From Piromyces finnis finn (Eukaryota; Fungi; Neocallimastigomycota), in contig MCFH01000075.1 in NCBI GenBank assembly GCA_002104945.1, positions 1-64,000 of the forward strand: DNA of 64,000 nucleotides, in the 5' to 3' direction. Below are positions 1 to 12,393 of this stretch, piece by piece; the first letter of the stretch is position 1; every line of letters begins with the position of its first letter. Under the pieces are notes generated by a model. That model had not been told where the DNA came from and searched no databases. It worked only from the letters and a program-made list of their open reading frames with translations. Made by a program: the position numbers and the translations under genes.

Positions 1-185
1 CTGTAGTAGTAAACAAACAAGCTAGAAACACCATTTTTGGACTTTTAACATCTTGAAGCATAGTCCAATACTTTAATTGACTATACCAAGTCTTAATGTC
101 CAAATTATCTTCGGTTAATCTAGTGCATGCTTTAATTCCTTCATTAATTTAGCAAAGTCAATAGATTTATCAGCTCCGTACTCAT
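1..185 (-). pseudogene. Degenerate retrotransposon gag-like fragment running off the window edge
   Basis: Minus-strand frames give EYGADKSIDFAKL and then INEGIKACTRLTEDNLDIKTWYSQLKYWTMLQDVKSPKMVFLAC, separated by a frameshift. The resemblance to gag is a judgement only. Confidence 0.3.
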
Positions 186-1474
186 TTTTATATACAAGTT
201 TTAAATAAAGATAAAAATACAATTTTACAATAATATTAAAGAATGAAACAAGTTTAAAAAAAAATAATTTTCTTTTATAAGAATTTAAAAGAATGAATTA
301 CAACAATATTTGAAATATATTTAATTAACAACACTAATAATTATTCTCTTTAGTTAAACTAGTAATACCAATATAAAATACTTCCTTAACTGCACCAATT
401 AACAATATTAATTTCTCTCTATTAACTATTTTAATTTGTGCCTTGAAGTATATAACTTTTTATTATACTAGTATAACCCTCTTTTGAATTATTAACTATT
501 TTAATTAAATAATAATACAAAAACAATTATAAAAGTAACTATAAAAATGTAGTGTGATATCAATATGTTATTATTATCCCCGATATCTCCACCATTAATT
601 ATGCTACGGTTCAAATAAGATATCACAAAACACTTGAATAGTTATAAAAATAAAAATTTATTTAATTTTAATTTTTATTCATTTAATTTATTTTTTGATT
701 TTTCAATTTTTAAAAATTTTCTCAAAAATCCTCGTACTTTTTCCAACTATCCATTATTTGAAATTTAATGGTTTTGGATAGCTAAGGATTTAAATTGATT
801 TCATTCATAATATATGGATCATTCACTGTAACATATATTAATTAAATCCTTAATATATATTATGAATAATCTCTTAATATTTGAATAGAAAAATTTTTAA
901 TTTATAATTAATAAAATTTTAATTTATGATATGTGTAACATTTTTGCATATCATATATTATATATTTAATTATGACATATAATAAAATTATATTATTCAA
1001 TTAATTATGCCCTTTTTTAGACATAAATAATAATTTTTCTGTCGAGGTATCTTCTGTTTTGTGTGTAACAGTTGCCTCTTTTAGTAAAAATTATAATTAA
1101 ATTCTATGTCATAATTTCAAATTATAAAATATTATACAATAAAGTTAATTAATAAAATAAACCTTAAATAATAATAAAATTCCTATAACTATTTTAATAA
1201 TAAAATTTTGTAAAATTTATAAGTATAAAATATTATAAGTAATTATACTAATACTAATAATAAAGGTCTTAAATAACTATATACAAATAATATAACTATA
1301 TAATAAAAATATGAATAATTACTAGAAAAATGTATAAAAATTATATATTATAATTTTTATATTTTAAAAATAGAGTTAAACACTAGTAAGGAATATAAAT
1401 AGTTGAAGGTTAATTCCTAAAATTCTAGCTAATTCAACTATTTATGTTCATTCCTTAACAACAAACTAACAAAA

Positions 1475-1556
1475 GTCAGTTTGTCCGAGTGGTTAAGGAG
1501 TCAGACTTGAAATCTGATGGGCTTTGCCCGCGCAGGTTCAAACCCTGCAGCTGACG
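1475..1556 (+). tRNA. trnS: tRNA-Ser(UGA)
   Basis: Acceptor stem GTCAGTT/AGCTGAC, D arm GTCCGAGTGGTTAAGGAG, anticodon arm TCAGA-CTTGAAA-TCTGA, long variable arm GGGCTTTGCCC, T loop GGTTCAAACC. Confidence 0.97.
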
Positions 1557-1618
1557 TGAATATTATTTTGGAATTTTATATAAAATATAAAAATATAATA
1601 AGAAATCATTATATTTTA

Positions 1619-1688
1619 TATTATGAATAAATATTATTGTTATAATAACTTATATAACACCAAAACCTTTATAAATATATTTATATAT
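1619..1688 (-). mobile_element. Older diverged LTR of the Copia-1 family, inverted; first part (continues at 7591-7807)
   Basis: TTATGAATAAATATTATTGTTATAATAACTTATATAACACCAAAAC matches the reverse complement of the Copia-1 LTR 3' end. It is split by the Copia-1 insertion. Confidence 0.7.
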
Positions 1689-2044
1689 TGTTAAAATTAT
1701 AATGAAATAATTTTATATTTTATTTACTATTAATTAATTATATAATTATATATTATTTAAATTTTTATGTATTAATTAAATTAATTATATGAAAAGTATA
1801 ATTTTATTTAATATTATATAAATATATATTTTTTACTATTATTAAAATGTAGTTCTTTTCATAATATAAGAAAAGACATTATTAAATAACTTGTATTAAA
1901 TAATAATAAATATTAATAACAAATATTAATAAATAAATAATAATAAATAAATATAAAATAATATATATACATATTATACAAATATTTATTTATAAAGTGT
2001 TGGTGTTATATAAAATATTATAATAATAATATTTAATCATAAAA
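1689..2044 (+). repeat. Copia-1 5' LTR (TG...AA termini)
   Basis: Direct repeat of 7235-7590, directly followed by the PBS. Confidence 0.93.
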
Positions 2045-2060
2045 GATTAAGAGTCTCAAT
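2045..2060 (+). promoter_or_regulatory. Primer-binding site complementary to the tRNA-Lys(CUU) anticodon arm
   Basis: GATTAAGAGTCTCAAT abuts the LTR; its reverse complement is ATTGAGA-CT-CTT-AA-TC. Confidence 0.8.
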
Positions 2061-2072
2061 TGTCTCAAGAAA

Positions 2073-5000
2073 ATGTCTAATAATAAAAATAAAAATCTAC
2101 TAAGTTCAAATATGGACCCTTCTAGTTTTATAGGAAAATTCCAAATAGAACTTAATAAAGAAAATTTTCAAGCTTGGCAGATCAAAGTCAGAGATATTTT
2201 AAGATGCTGCGGTTTGGAAGAATATATTGATGAAAATAAAACTCCAAAGATATATATAAAGAATATATCAGAGAGTGAAAAAGAAAATTATAAAGAAGTC
2301 CCACATGAGCCTAACATGTACTATAATAAAAATGTAACAGATGAAACTCTTGCTATTGATAATAAAGTAAGAATGTTTATTAGAAGTACATTGGCACCAA
2401 AATCAGTTGAAGATGTTCAAAGTAGAACACTTACTGGTTACCAAATATGGAAAACTTTAGAAAGTATATATATAGGAAACCAATCCAGTAAGAAAACTGA
2501 CCTTATTAAAGAAGTGAATAGAATGAAATACAACCCACAAGATAGTATAGCCAGTTTTGTAAATAAACTAAATTTAAAATTTGAAACATTAGAATCCATG
2601 GGAGTCCATATAGATGAAGAAGAAAAGGCCGCCGTTTTATACAGAGCTATGCCAAAACAATACCAATGGATAAATATATTCGATTATGAAGGTAACTGGA
2701 CTTTATGTAGAGAATATGTATCAAATAGAGTTCAGTCTGTTCAAAGGTCAGAAGAAAGGGAACGAAGTAATAGGCTTGGATTTAATCAAGTTTTTAGTAG
2801 TGAAAGTGGCTATGGAAATTATGATAATTATAATCATAAAAATAATAAATTTTCAAATTATAAAAATAAAAATAATAAAAATAAAAATGATATAATATGT
2901 CATTTTTGTAATAAAAGAGGCCACATTGAAAGAAACTGCATATTTAAAGAAAAATTAGCAAAAGAATATAATTCAAACAATAAAAATTATAAAAATAAAC
3001 AAAATAAAAAATATAAAAAGAAATATGCAGATGTAGTTACAAAACAAAGAAGTAACTACAAGGATATAACACCAAATTTATTCAACGTGGATTATGATTC
3101 TACATATGAAAAAGAATCAAACAGTGTTGTAAAAGTAAATTTTTCAAATAAAAAATATAAAAAGGTTATAAAATCAAAAGGGAACTTTAGTATGTGGATG
3201 CTAGATTCAGGAGCATCAGTTCACCTTACAAACGATATTAAATTATTATATAAAATTAAAAGACATAAAGAACCAATTTACTATGCGGATGGTGAAGTTG
3301 GTTATTCTACACATATAGGCAACATAAAAGGCTACTTTAATAAAGAACAAATAATTTTAAAAAATGTTTTATATGTTCCAGATATTAAAAGGAATTTAAT
3401 ATCTATTTCAAATTTTGTTAAAGAAGGTCTTAATGTAAATTTTAAATATATAAATAATGCTGCCACAGCATTTATCCAAGATAAAAATAAAAATAATATA
3501 TATGTATCAAGAGAAGATGAACATAACATATTTAATGTTTATATATCAAAGACAAAATTATTTAACTACCAAATACAAAATCCAATGTATTGTTATTCAA
3601 TTAGGAAGTTAAATAATGATGAAAAATTACATCTTTGGCATAGAAGATTAGGTCATTTTCATGCCAAAAGTATTGAAAATAAATTATTAAATATAAACAT
3701 TAAAGATATTTGTGAAACATGTTCATTATCAAAATTAAAAAATCAACCATATCATAGTTCTACTAATAAAAGTACAGAAGTACTTCAATTAGTACATACT
3801 GATATAGTTGGACCCATTAACGCGTCATCTATATACGGTAATCATTATTTTATTACCTTTTTAGATGATTATTCAAGATATGGATGGGTAATTTTTATAA
3901 AAAATAAAAGTGACGCGTTTAACGCGTTTAAAATATGGTATAATAAAGTTACCAATGAATTTAAAAAGAATATTACATATTTAAGAAGTGATAATGGTAC
4001 AGAATATAAGTCTTTAAATTTTAAAAATTTTTGTGATACTCATGGTATTACACAACAATTCACTGTACCATATAATCCACAACAAAATGGACGCGCTGAA
4101 AGGTTTAATGGAGTACTAATCCATGCAGCTAACACTATGATGCAAGATGCTAAATTATGTAGAAGATTCTGGGAAGACGCAGTCAGAACTGCCAATTATA
4201 TACATAACAGGTTACCTCACAATGGAAATGACTTGAAGGTACCCTATGAAATGTTATATAATATCCCAGTAGACTACAGTAAATTTCGTGTTTTTGGATG
4301 TAAAGTGTTACATCTTAAACGTAACACTGAAAAACACAAATTTGAAAGCACTTCGCTACCTGGCATATTTATTGGTTATGATGACACTTCTACCGGATTC
4401 AGAATTTTTGACTTAAATTCTTTTAAAATTGTCATCAAAAGAGTAGTTGAATTTTTAGAAGACCAACCAGGTAATTTTAATTTTGATGATAACGTCAAAA
4501 ATGTCAATTTCATCGATTATGATTCATTAATCAATGAAATGGAGGGGGACGATAACGAAAGTCTTCAACAGGACATAGAAATTGGCATATCATCAAACAT
4601 TAATAACAATGATTTTCCAAATAATTTTAATAAAATAAAATATAATGCCAACAATAACTATATCGGCATTAATAGTAATAATAATAAGGATAATATTATT
4701 TATAACAATAATAATAAAGAAAACATTAAAAATTATAACATAAATGAAAATAACAATTTAAATATAAATAACAATTTAAATATAAGTAACAATTTAAATG
4801 AAAATAACAATTTAAATGAAAATAATATTTTAAAAGAAAATAACGATTTAAATGAAAATAACAATTCAAATAAAAACAATAATTCAAATGAAAACGATAA
4901 TCCAAATAAAAACAATATTTCAGATGAAAATAATAATTCAAATGAAAGTAATGATTTAAATAAAAATAAAATAAAAAATAAAAATAAAATAAAAAATAAA

Positions 5001-7163
5001 AATAATAATACAAAAGAAGATAATAATTTAAATAAAACAAATAAAAATATTAATGAAATATATGATGATAATGATATTAATAATATAAATCATATAAATA
5101 AATTTAATGATAATAATGACGATAACAACGTTAATATTATTAATTCACATAATAAGAATAATATAAATAATAATATAAATAATAACTTCATTAATAATAT
5201 GAAAGACAATAACAGTTATAAAATTAAAAACAACAATAATAATATTCATAAAAAGAAAAATAAAAGAAAAGTAATCGACAGTGACGAAGAAAGTGAAGAT
5301 GAAAGTAAAATTAAAATTAAAAGAAATAAATTCTTAAACAAAGAAGAAAGGATAAATAAAATAATTGAAAGCGAAAGAAAATCTAAGAACAAAATTTCTT
5401 ATAAGGCTAAAGACTTGGACAATGGAATTAGTTTATCAGAATTAAATAAAAATAAACAAAAAAATAATAACTCATTAAGCTATATTCCAAACCATTCACT
5501 AGATGTAGAACAAAGACAATATCCAAATTATCCAAGGAACAAAAGAAAAATTTTGGATAATAATGAAAAGTATACAACTAGTAAAAGAATAAGAAAAGAA
5601 ATAAATAACGTTGATAAATCATCAACGACAGATAACCAAATAACAGAACCAACAAGTTTTTTTGAAATCTTTAAGAGAAAAGATAAAAGAAGATGGCTTG
5701 ACGCTATAAATGATGAATTAAACAATATGAAAGAACGCAAAGTATATGAAAAAATAAACAAAGTTCCACAAAATACTAATGTAATTACCTCAAAATGGGT
5801 GTTCAAAATTAAAAGGGATAGCAAAGGAAACATTACCAAGTATAAAGCACGCTTAGTAGCTAGAGGATTCACTCAAGAATATGGTACGGACTACAAAGAA
5901 ACATTTTCTCCAACATTAAAACATGATTCACTAAGAATTCTTACAGCTATTTCAGCAGAAAAGAAATTTTATATACATCAATTAGATATAAAGGCAGCTT
6001 ATTTATATGCTGACTTAAATGAATGTATTTATATGTATGCTCCAGAAGGAGACTCTACTTACCGAAAAGGCTATTGGAAACTAAATAAGGCACTCTATGG
6101 TCTCAAGCAAGCAGCACGAGAATGGAATAATAATATAACTGATACTTTAACTAATATTGGATTTAAAAGACTGGTAAGTGAACCCTGTATTTTCGTTAAG
6201 AAAGATGATAACAATAATATAAAATGTTTGTTAGGAATATATGTCGATGATATCCTAATATCAGGTAACAATTATGAAATAAATAAAACTAAAGAATTAC
6301 TAAAGAAAAGATACAAAGTTACCGATATTGGATATGCAGATTTTATTATTGGAATTAAATTTGAAAAATTAAACAATGGATACTTACTTCACCAAGAAAG
6401 ATACCTTAGAGATATCTTAAGAAAATTCAACTTAGAAAACTGTAAACCTTGCAAAACACCTAAACCAGCAAACGAAGTTGATGATAAACAAGAAAAATAT
6501 AACCCAACAAAGTATCGTGCAGCCATTGGTAGTTTACTATATCTTGCTATATCTACTAGACCAGACATTTTATTTTCAGTCACCAAAGCAGCCAGAAAAT
6601 CACAAGAACCTACTTTTAAAGACTGGGAGAATGTTATTCAAATTTTTAAATACCTCAAAGGAACCATTAATTACGGATTGCTCTATTCAGGCGAAGCTTC
6701 TTTAAAGACCTTTATAGACGCAGACTACGATAGTGACAAAGTAACCAGAAGATCAACCACCGGATTTGTTTTCTTCATGGGAAGTGGTCCCACGAGTTGG
6801 TTTTCGAAACTTCAACATTGTATTGCTACCTCTACAGCTGAGTCAGAATATTACAGCTTATGTGAGTGCGGAAAACATTCACTTTGGTATGCAAACATAC
6901 TTAATGAGTTAGGGATAACTCATAAATGTACTGTAATAAACATTGACAACCAGGCAGCAATTTATAATGCTGAAAATGATACTATTAATTCAAAATCAAA
7001 ACATATTGATATTAAGTATCATAAAATAAGAGAAATGGTAAAAGAGAAAAAAATTAAATTGGAATATATCAAGTCCTTAAATAACATTGCTGATGGTTTC
7101 ACAAAATATTTGGATGCTACAAAAATGTCTATTTTTAGAAATAATTTATTACATAAATATTAA
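2073..7163 (+). CDS. gag-pol: Copia Gag-Pol polyprotein (Gag, CCHC knuckle, protease, integrase, RT, RNase H)
   Basis: CHFCNKRGHIERNC knuckle; WMLDSGASVH protease; LWHRRLGH...C..C and HTDIVGP/LRSDNGTEY/PQQNGRAER integrase; ARLVARGFTQ, YVDDIL RT; ADGFTK RNase H. Domain order PR-IN-RT-RH is copia. Confidence 0.98.
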   Translation: MSNNKNKNLLSSNMDPSSFIGKFQIELNKENFQAWQIKVRDILRCCGLEEYIDENKTPKIYIKNISESEKENYKEVPHEPNMYYNKNVTDETLAIDNKVRMFIRSTLAPKSVEDVQSRTLTGYQIWKTLESIYIGNQSSKKTDLIKEVNRMKYNPQDSIASFVNKLNLKFETLESMGVHIDEEEKAAVLYRAMPKQYQWINIFDYEGNWTLCREYVSNRVQSVQRSEERERSNRLGFNQVFSSESGYGNYDNYNHKNNKFSNYKNKNNKNKNDIICHFCNKRGHIERNCIFKEKLAKEYNSNNKNYKNKQNKKYKKKYADVVTKQRSNYKDITPNLFNVDYDSTYEKESNSVVKVNFSNKKYKKVIKSKGNFSMWMLDSGASVHLTNDIKLLYKIKRHKEPIYYADGEVGYSTHIGNIKGYFNKEQIILKNVLYVPDIKRNLISISNFVKEGLNVNFKYINNAATAFIQDKNKNNIYVSREDEHNIFNVYISKTKLFNYQIQNPMYCYSIRKLNNDEKLHLWHRRLGHFHAKSIENKLLNINIKDICETCSLSKLKNQPYHSSTNKSTEVLQLVHTDIVGPINASSIYGNHYFITFLDDYSRYGWVIFIKNKSDAFNAFKIWYNKVTNEFKKNITYLRSDNGTEYKSLNFKNFCDTHGITQQFTVPYNPQQNGRAERFNGVLIHAANTMMQDAKLCRRFWEDAVRTANYIHNRLPHNGNDLKVPYEMLYNIPVDYSKFRVFGCKVLHLKRNTEKHKFESTSLPGIFIGYDDTSTGFRIFDLNSFKIVIKRVVEFLEDQPGNFNFDDNVKNVNFIDYDSLINEMEGDDNESLQQDIEIGISSNINNNDFPNNFNKIKYNANNNYIGINSNNNKDNIIYNNNNKENIKNYNINENNNLNINNNLNISNNLNENNNLNENNILKENNDLNENNNSNKNNNSNENDNPNKNNISDENNNSNESNDLNKNKIKNKNKIKNKNNNTKEDNNLNKTNKNINEIYDDNDINNINHINKFNDNNDDNNVNIINSHNKNNINNNINNNFINNMKDNNSYKIKNNNNNIHKKKNKRKVIDSDEESEDESKIKIKRNKFLNKEERINKIIESERKSKNKISYKAKDLDNGISLSELNKNKQKNNNSLSYIPNHSLDVEQRQYPNYPRNKRKILDNNEKYTTSKRIRKEINNVDKSSTTDNQITEPTSFFEIFKRKDKRRWLDAINDELNNMKERKVYEKINKVPQNTNVITSKWVFKIKRDSKGNITKYKARLVARGFTQEYGTDYKETFSPTLKHDSLRILTAISAEKKFYIHQLDIKAAYLYADLNECIYMYAPEGDSTYRKGYWKLNKALYGLKQAAREWNNNITDTLTNIGFKRLVSEPCIFVKKDDNNNIKCLLGIYVDDILISGNNYEINKTKELLKKRYKVTDIGYADFIIGIKFEKLNNGYLLHQERYLRDILRKFNLENCKPCKTPKPANEVDDKQEKYNPTKYRAAIGSLLYLAISTRPDILFSVTKAARKSQEPTFKDWENVIQIFKYLKGTINYGLLYSGEASLKTFIDADYDSDKVTRRSTTGFVFFMGSGPTSWFSKLQHCIATSTAESEYYSLCECGKHSLWYANILNELGITHKCTVINIDNQAAIYNAENDTINSKSKHIDIKYHKIREMVKEKKIKLEYIKSLNNIADGFTKYLDATKMSIFRNNLLHKY

Positions 7164-7209
7164 ATGAATATTAAATGAATATTAAATGAATATTAAATGA
7201 ATATTAAAT
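7159..7209 (+). repeat. 11-bp tandem repeat (ATTAAATGAAT x4) at the pol stop
   Basis: Read directly between the ORF end and the PPT. Confidence 0.85.
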
Positions 7210-7234
7210 AAAAGTATTTATACTTTTGGGAGAA

Positions 7235-7590
7235 TGTTAAAATTATAATGAAATAATTTTATATTTTATTTACTATTAATTAATTATATAATTATATATT
7301 ATTTAAATTTTTATGTATTAATTAAATTAATTATATGAAAAGTATAATTTTATTTAATATTATATAAATATATATTTTTTACTATTATTAAAATGTAGTT
7401 CTTTTCATAATATAAGAAAAGACATTATTAAATAACTTGTATTAAATAATAATAAATATTAATAACAAATATTAATAAATAAATAATAATAAATAAATAT
7501 AAAATAATATATATACATATTATACAAATATTTATTTATAAAGTGTTGGTGTTATATAAAATATTATAATAATAATATTTAATCATAAAA
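7235..7590 (+). repeat. Copia-1 3' LTR
   Basis: Preceded by PPT GGGAGAA and followed by TSD TATAT. Confidence 0.95.
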
Positions 7591-7807
7591 TATATAATAA
7601 GAATATTTATTATTTTATATATTTATTATTAATATTTATCATTAATATTTTATCATTATTCAATACAAGTTATTTAATAATGTCTTATGAAAAGAACAAC
7701 ATTTTAATAATAGTAAAAAAAATATATTTAAATAATATTAAATAAAATTATACTTTTCATATAATTAATTTAATTAATACATAAAAAATAAATAATATAT
7801 AATTATG
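7591..7807 (-). mobile_element. Older inverted Copia-1-family LTR, second part
   Basis: AATACAAGTTATTTAATAATGTCTT and TATACTTTTCATATAATTAATTTAATTAATACATAAAAA are reverse complements of Copia-1 LTR segments. Confidence 0.8.
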
Positions 7808-7858
7808 TAATTTTATTTAATATTATATAAATAAATATTTTTACTATAATTAAAATTA
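7808..7858 (+). mobile_element. Older forward Copia-1-family LTR, first part (continues at 13372-13558)
   Basis: TAATTTTATTTAATATTATATAAAT...TTACTA matches Copia-1 LTR positions ~1799-1850. It is interrupted by Copia-2. Confidence 0.65.
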
Positions 7859-10800
7859 TGTTAGAATTTTAGGTTTTTTAATATTTACTTTATTATGGTA
7901 ATTTATTAATATTTCATTACAAAGATTTAATTAACAATTACAAGTTTGTATTTATACTAAAATTTATGGCTTATGCTCTAATACATACATTATCAATTTA
8001 TCAATACATTACATTATATTAAATACATTTTACTAATGAATAAGGTTTATAATAAAATTTGAGATTTTCTAACATTCCCCCTCAAACTTGATTTCATTTT
8101 GAAATTCAATGTTTGGAAGTTTTGTTTTAAAATATATAAAATGAAATAAAATAAAATAAAATAAAAAAATTTTTTTTTTAATAGAACTTTGTCTGATTAT
8201 TATTGAATGTATAGATAAGTTTAGGTAAATATAAAGTGTAATAAAGTAAATAATGTTTTGTGCAACTTATTATTTTACAAAATTTTTATCTGTAAAATTT
8301 CTAATTTTTGTAGAATTTAAATATTTTGTGAGTGCATCAGCCAACATATCATTTGTGTTCTTATATTCTAGCTTTACTCTTTTATTTATAATATTATCCT
8401 TGTTGAAGTAGTATTTTATTGAGATATGTTTGAGTTTTGGGTTGGCTTCTCCATTTTCAATAATTGCTTTGCTTGATTTGTTGTCCGTAAATATTGTAAT
8501 GATTATTTTTTGATTGAATAATTCCTTTATTAAGTTTCTCATCCATAAGACCTTTTTTACACATTCTGAGGTGCTAATGTATTCTGCTTCTGCAGTTGAT
8601 GTAGCAACTTTGGATTATTTTTCGAAAACCAGCAGATAGGAGAGTTTCCCATAAGTATTATATGACCAGATGTTGATTTTCTGTCTTTGGTGTTCCCCGC
8701 AAAATCTGCATTTGTATAGGCTGTAATAAAACCTTTTCCGTCGTATTTCAGTTTGTAATGAATTGTGTTGTGTAAATACTTAAGGATAATAAGGACACAA
8801 TGCCAATCTGATACAGTAAGATTTTCACAAGATCTAGCAGCTTTGTGTACTGCAAAAGAAATATCCGGTCTGGTGCATTTTTCAAGGTAAATGAGGGATC
8901 CTAATGCACTTTTATATGTTGTGGCGTCAATTTTTTCATCACGCATTTGTGGCTTGTCAATACAACATGGAGTATTACATCGATAGGTGTAATTAGTGTT
9001 AATAATTCCAAAGTTTTGTAAAAGATTTTCAATAAAATTTCTTTGCGAAATAAAATAGGAGTAGCTAGATTTTTCAACAGTTATGCCTAATAAGTAATGG
9101 ATTTTTCCATAATTTGAAATATTAAATTTGTTATTGATCTTATTTATTATGGATTCGATGATATTAATATTGCCACAGATGATCATATCATCAATGTAAA
9201 TACCAAGAATGCATATTGTATTATTGTTATGAGATTTTTTAAATATACATGGTTTTGATTTAAGCTGGTAGAAACCTGAATTAATGAGAAAATTTGAAAT
9301 GGTAAGATACCATTGTCTTCCGGATTGTCGAAGACCATATAATGCTTTGTTGAGTAGCCAATATCCTTTATTTTAGTTCTTGTCACCGGGAGGTATTGTG
9401 GCGTAGATTTCTTTATCAAGTTTAGCGTTTAGATAAGCGGTTTTAATATCCAGTTGGTAAATTTCCCATTTAAGTTTAGCAGCAGTAGAAATAATAAACA
9501 AACTATTAGAATTTAATGTTGGAGAATAGGTTAAGTCAAAATCGGTCCCGTAAACTTGAGTGAAACCTCTGGCTACGAGTCTGGCTTTATATTTAGTGAT
9601 ATTATTATTTTCATCCCTCTTGATGGTGAATACCAATTTTATGGAAATTAATTTTCTTTCTTTGGGAATTTCGGGAACAAAAGTCATGATTTTATTAGAA
9701 TATAAATTGTTAAGTTCTTCATTAATTTCATTGATCCAGTATGATTTATTGGAACACGTAGTGGCTTGTTTGTAATTAAATGGAATATCTGATTCATATG
9801 TATACGTGGATTCTTCTAAATTTAAAACCAGTCTTTTGTTATCATTAAGCAGTGGTGAATCATATGGATGCTTTTTAGGGATATTGATGTTTGACTGTTC
9901 ATTTATGTTACCTGAAATTGTTTTATTATCATTATTTGAAACATTTGAATCATTGTCTGAATCCTTGTAGTTAGTTTTATTTTCAAAAGTTGTATTAGCA
10001 TTTTCATTTGTGGCGTCGTAGTTTTTATTAATATTATTGTTGTTGTTGGAAAAATTATTATTACAGTATTCGAATGTGGCGTTATTATTCATGACATCAT
10101 TAAAATTCTTATCCATTTGTTCATTGGTGTTATCAATCCCAGTATTGAGTCTTTCAAATATATTGTAGTGGTTGATGTTTGTATTGTAGTTTGGATGATT
10201 GTTAGTGTTATACTGGTTATTGAACGTAAAATTTCCTGGCTCCTCTTCAAGAAAAACAGCTTCTTTTACTAAATGAATAGATTGATCACGTTTATCCATA
10301 ATTATATAACAATTTGTGTCGAATTTTATTCCCAAGAATATGCCTTTTTGTGAATTAGTTTCAAATTTAGACGCTTTATTTTGAATCTTGCTATAGTAGG
10401 ATACACAGCCAAATACTTTGATTTTATCAATTTTTACGGCTTTATTTTAGAAAATTTCATTTGGTATTAAATTTAAGATTCCCTTTCTTGGTGTAATGTT
10501 ATACAGGTGATTTGTATAAATTACAGCATATGACCAGAAATCTAAGCTAAGTTTAGCCCAAAAAATTAAGGTCTTCGCAGAGTTGATAATGGTTTGGTTG
10601 AATCTCTCGGCAATACCATTATTCTCAGGATTATATGGTGGGGAAAATATTTTCGATACCGATTTTTCTACAATATTTCTTTATTCTTTTGTTGTTAAAT
10701 TCACGTCCGTTATCACTTTTGAAAAATTTAATATTATTTTCAAAGTGATTATTTATGAATTTTAAAAAATTTAAAATTGTGTTGGTTGCTTCGGCCTTCT

Positions 10801-12393
10801 CTTTGAGTAAGCAAACCCAGGATTTTCTACTAAATTCATCAAGAAATGTGATGATATATTTCATATCATCTATTGATGTGGGTTTTATAGGTCCGATGAT
10901 GTCAGAATGGATAGTTTCCAGGATATTAGATGCTTTTGGAGTAACTTTATTATGGGGTTTTGCCTTCAATTTTGATATTTTGCAATCTAGGCATTGGTCA
11001 TTTTCCTTCGTTCTGAGTTCCAAATATTTGTTTAAATCTTTCTGGTAGTAGTGACCTAGACGACGGTGCCATAAGTCTTGGTTAAAAGTTTCAGTGGAGC
11101 AAAATTGTTGATTAAGATTATTGAATTTTATCCTAATAACATTATTGCTGTCAGGTTCGTGTTTACTAATAACTTTGTCTGTATGGTCAGACAAAATTAA
11201 GAGAACCTTACCATTTTGATTCTTTAACTGAGTATTAATACCGGCTATCGTTAGTTTTATTCCACTGATAAGATTTTTATTAACTTCATTTGATAAAAGT
11301 ACTCTTTCTAAGACTATCACAGTTCCGTTTATGGCTCCGCGGTAAGTACCATGGCCCTCAAAAGTACAAGTAGAACCATTTGCACAGCTCATAGTAATTT
11401 TTTCGTTAATGAAGTTTTCTAAGATCCCTTTGTTGTTCGTTATATGTTCACTTGCTCCAGTATCATAAGTCCATACTGATGTTGTGTAACCTTCATTTTG
11501 GTCATGTGATTTCCGAATATTACATGAAAATATTTCTTCTCTATTTTCTAATGGAAAATGTTTTCAAGGATTAAATCATCAAGTATATTTATCACGTGGT
11601 TGACATTCTGATTGGTCAGTGTTTATGTTTGTGTAACATTTATTTTCAGGGATGGAAATTTTTGGATCATACATTTTTTCATTACTCTTAATTTCATTTT
11701 CAATATTATCGGCAGAAGGTCCAAACATTGTATTGATTTCTTCAAAGCATGGAGTACTATCCGAGGTTGTCTCGTTCTCAATATTAGAACAATATTTGTC
11801 GTCCTTTGATTTTCCTTTGATTGGTTAAGTTTTATAATTTTCGTTAAATTTATTATTTTTCTTGGTTCTGGTTGAACGGCTGGGGTTATAATAGCAATCC
11901 TTGGCCAAGTGTCCCGGAATGTCACAGATAACACAGTATTTGTTTCTGTGATATTGTTTTGTATTTCTTCTATTTCCCTTTGAACGTTTTCCTTCTATAT
12001 TGTCTATATCCATATAGTCATTGTTTGAATTTTTGAAGTTGTTGATGAATGGGTTATTATTTCTTCTTATGTTTCTAGGGTTAAAATTGCTATTTCTTTG
12101 GTTGTGGGTTTGGTTATTATTGTATTCCATTTGGTAGCGAATAACTGTATATCTATCTTTTATAATTTCATATAGTGTTTCTGGTGTATATTGGGAACTC
12201 ATTAGTATTTTATCCTTAAGGATGTTTGGTAGAGCGTTGTACATAATTGTTATTTTTTCCATGTTTGATTTGTTCATGCATGAGTTTTCGAGTAAATTAA
12301 ATAACTCTATAATCTCATTCATGACATTCATGGTTTCCTTAAGGTTGGTAGCCTTGAGAGATCCTAATCTTCTTAACCACTCTCCATGGTTAG

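Larger units (their letters stand above)
1689..7590 (+). mobile_element. Full-length, apparently intact Ty1/copia LTR retrotransposon (Copia-1)
   Basis: Two 356-bp LTRs that look identical by eye (1689-2044, 7235-7590), a TATAT 5-bp TSD (1684-1688, 7591-7595), PBS, PPT GGGAGAA (7228-7234) and one uninterrupted gag-pol ORF. Confidence 0.97.

Noticed and set aside
190-1440. An LTR for the edge gag-like fragment positioned upstream of tRNA-Ser
   Set aside because: No convincing TG...CA boundary or partner repeat lies inside the window.
2686-6705. Short ORFs overlapping Copia-1 gag-pol in other frames or antisense
   Set aside because: They are shadows of the real ORF and its Asn repeats, with no independent motifs.
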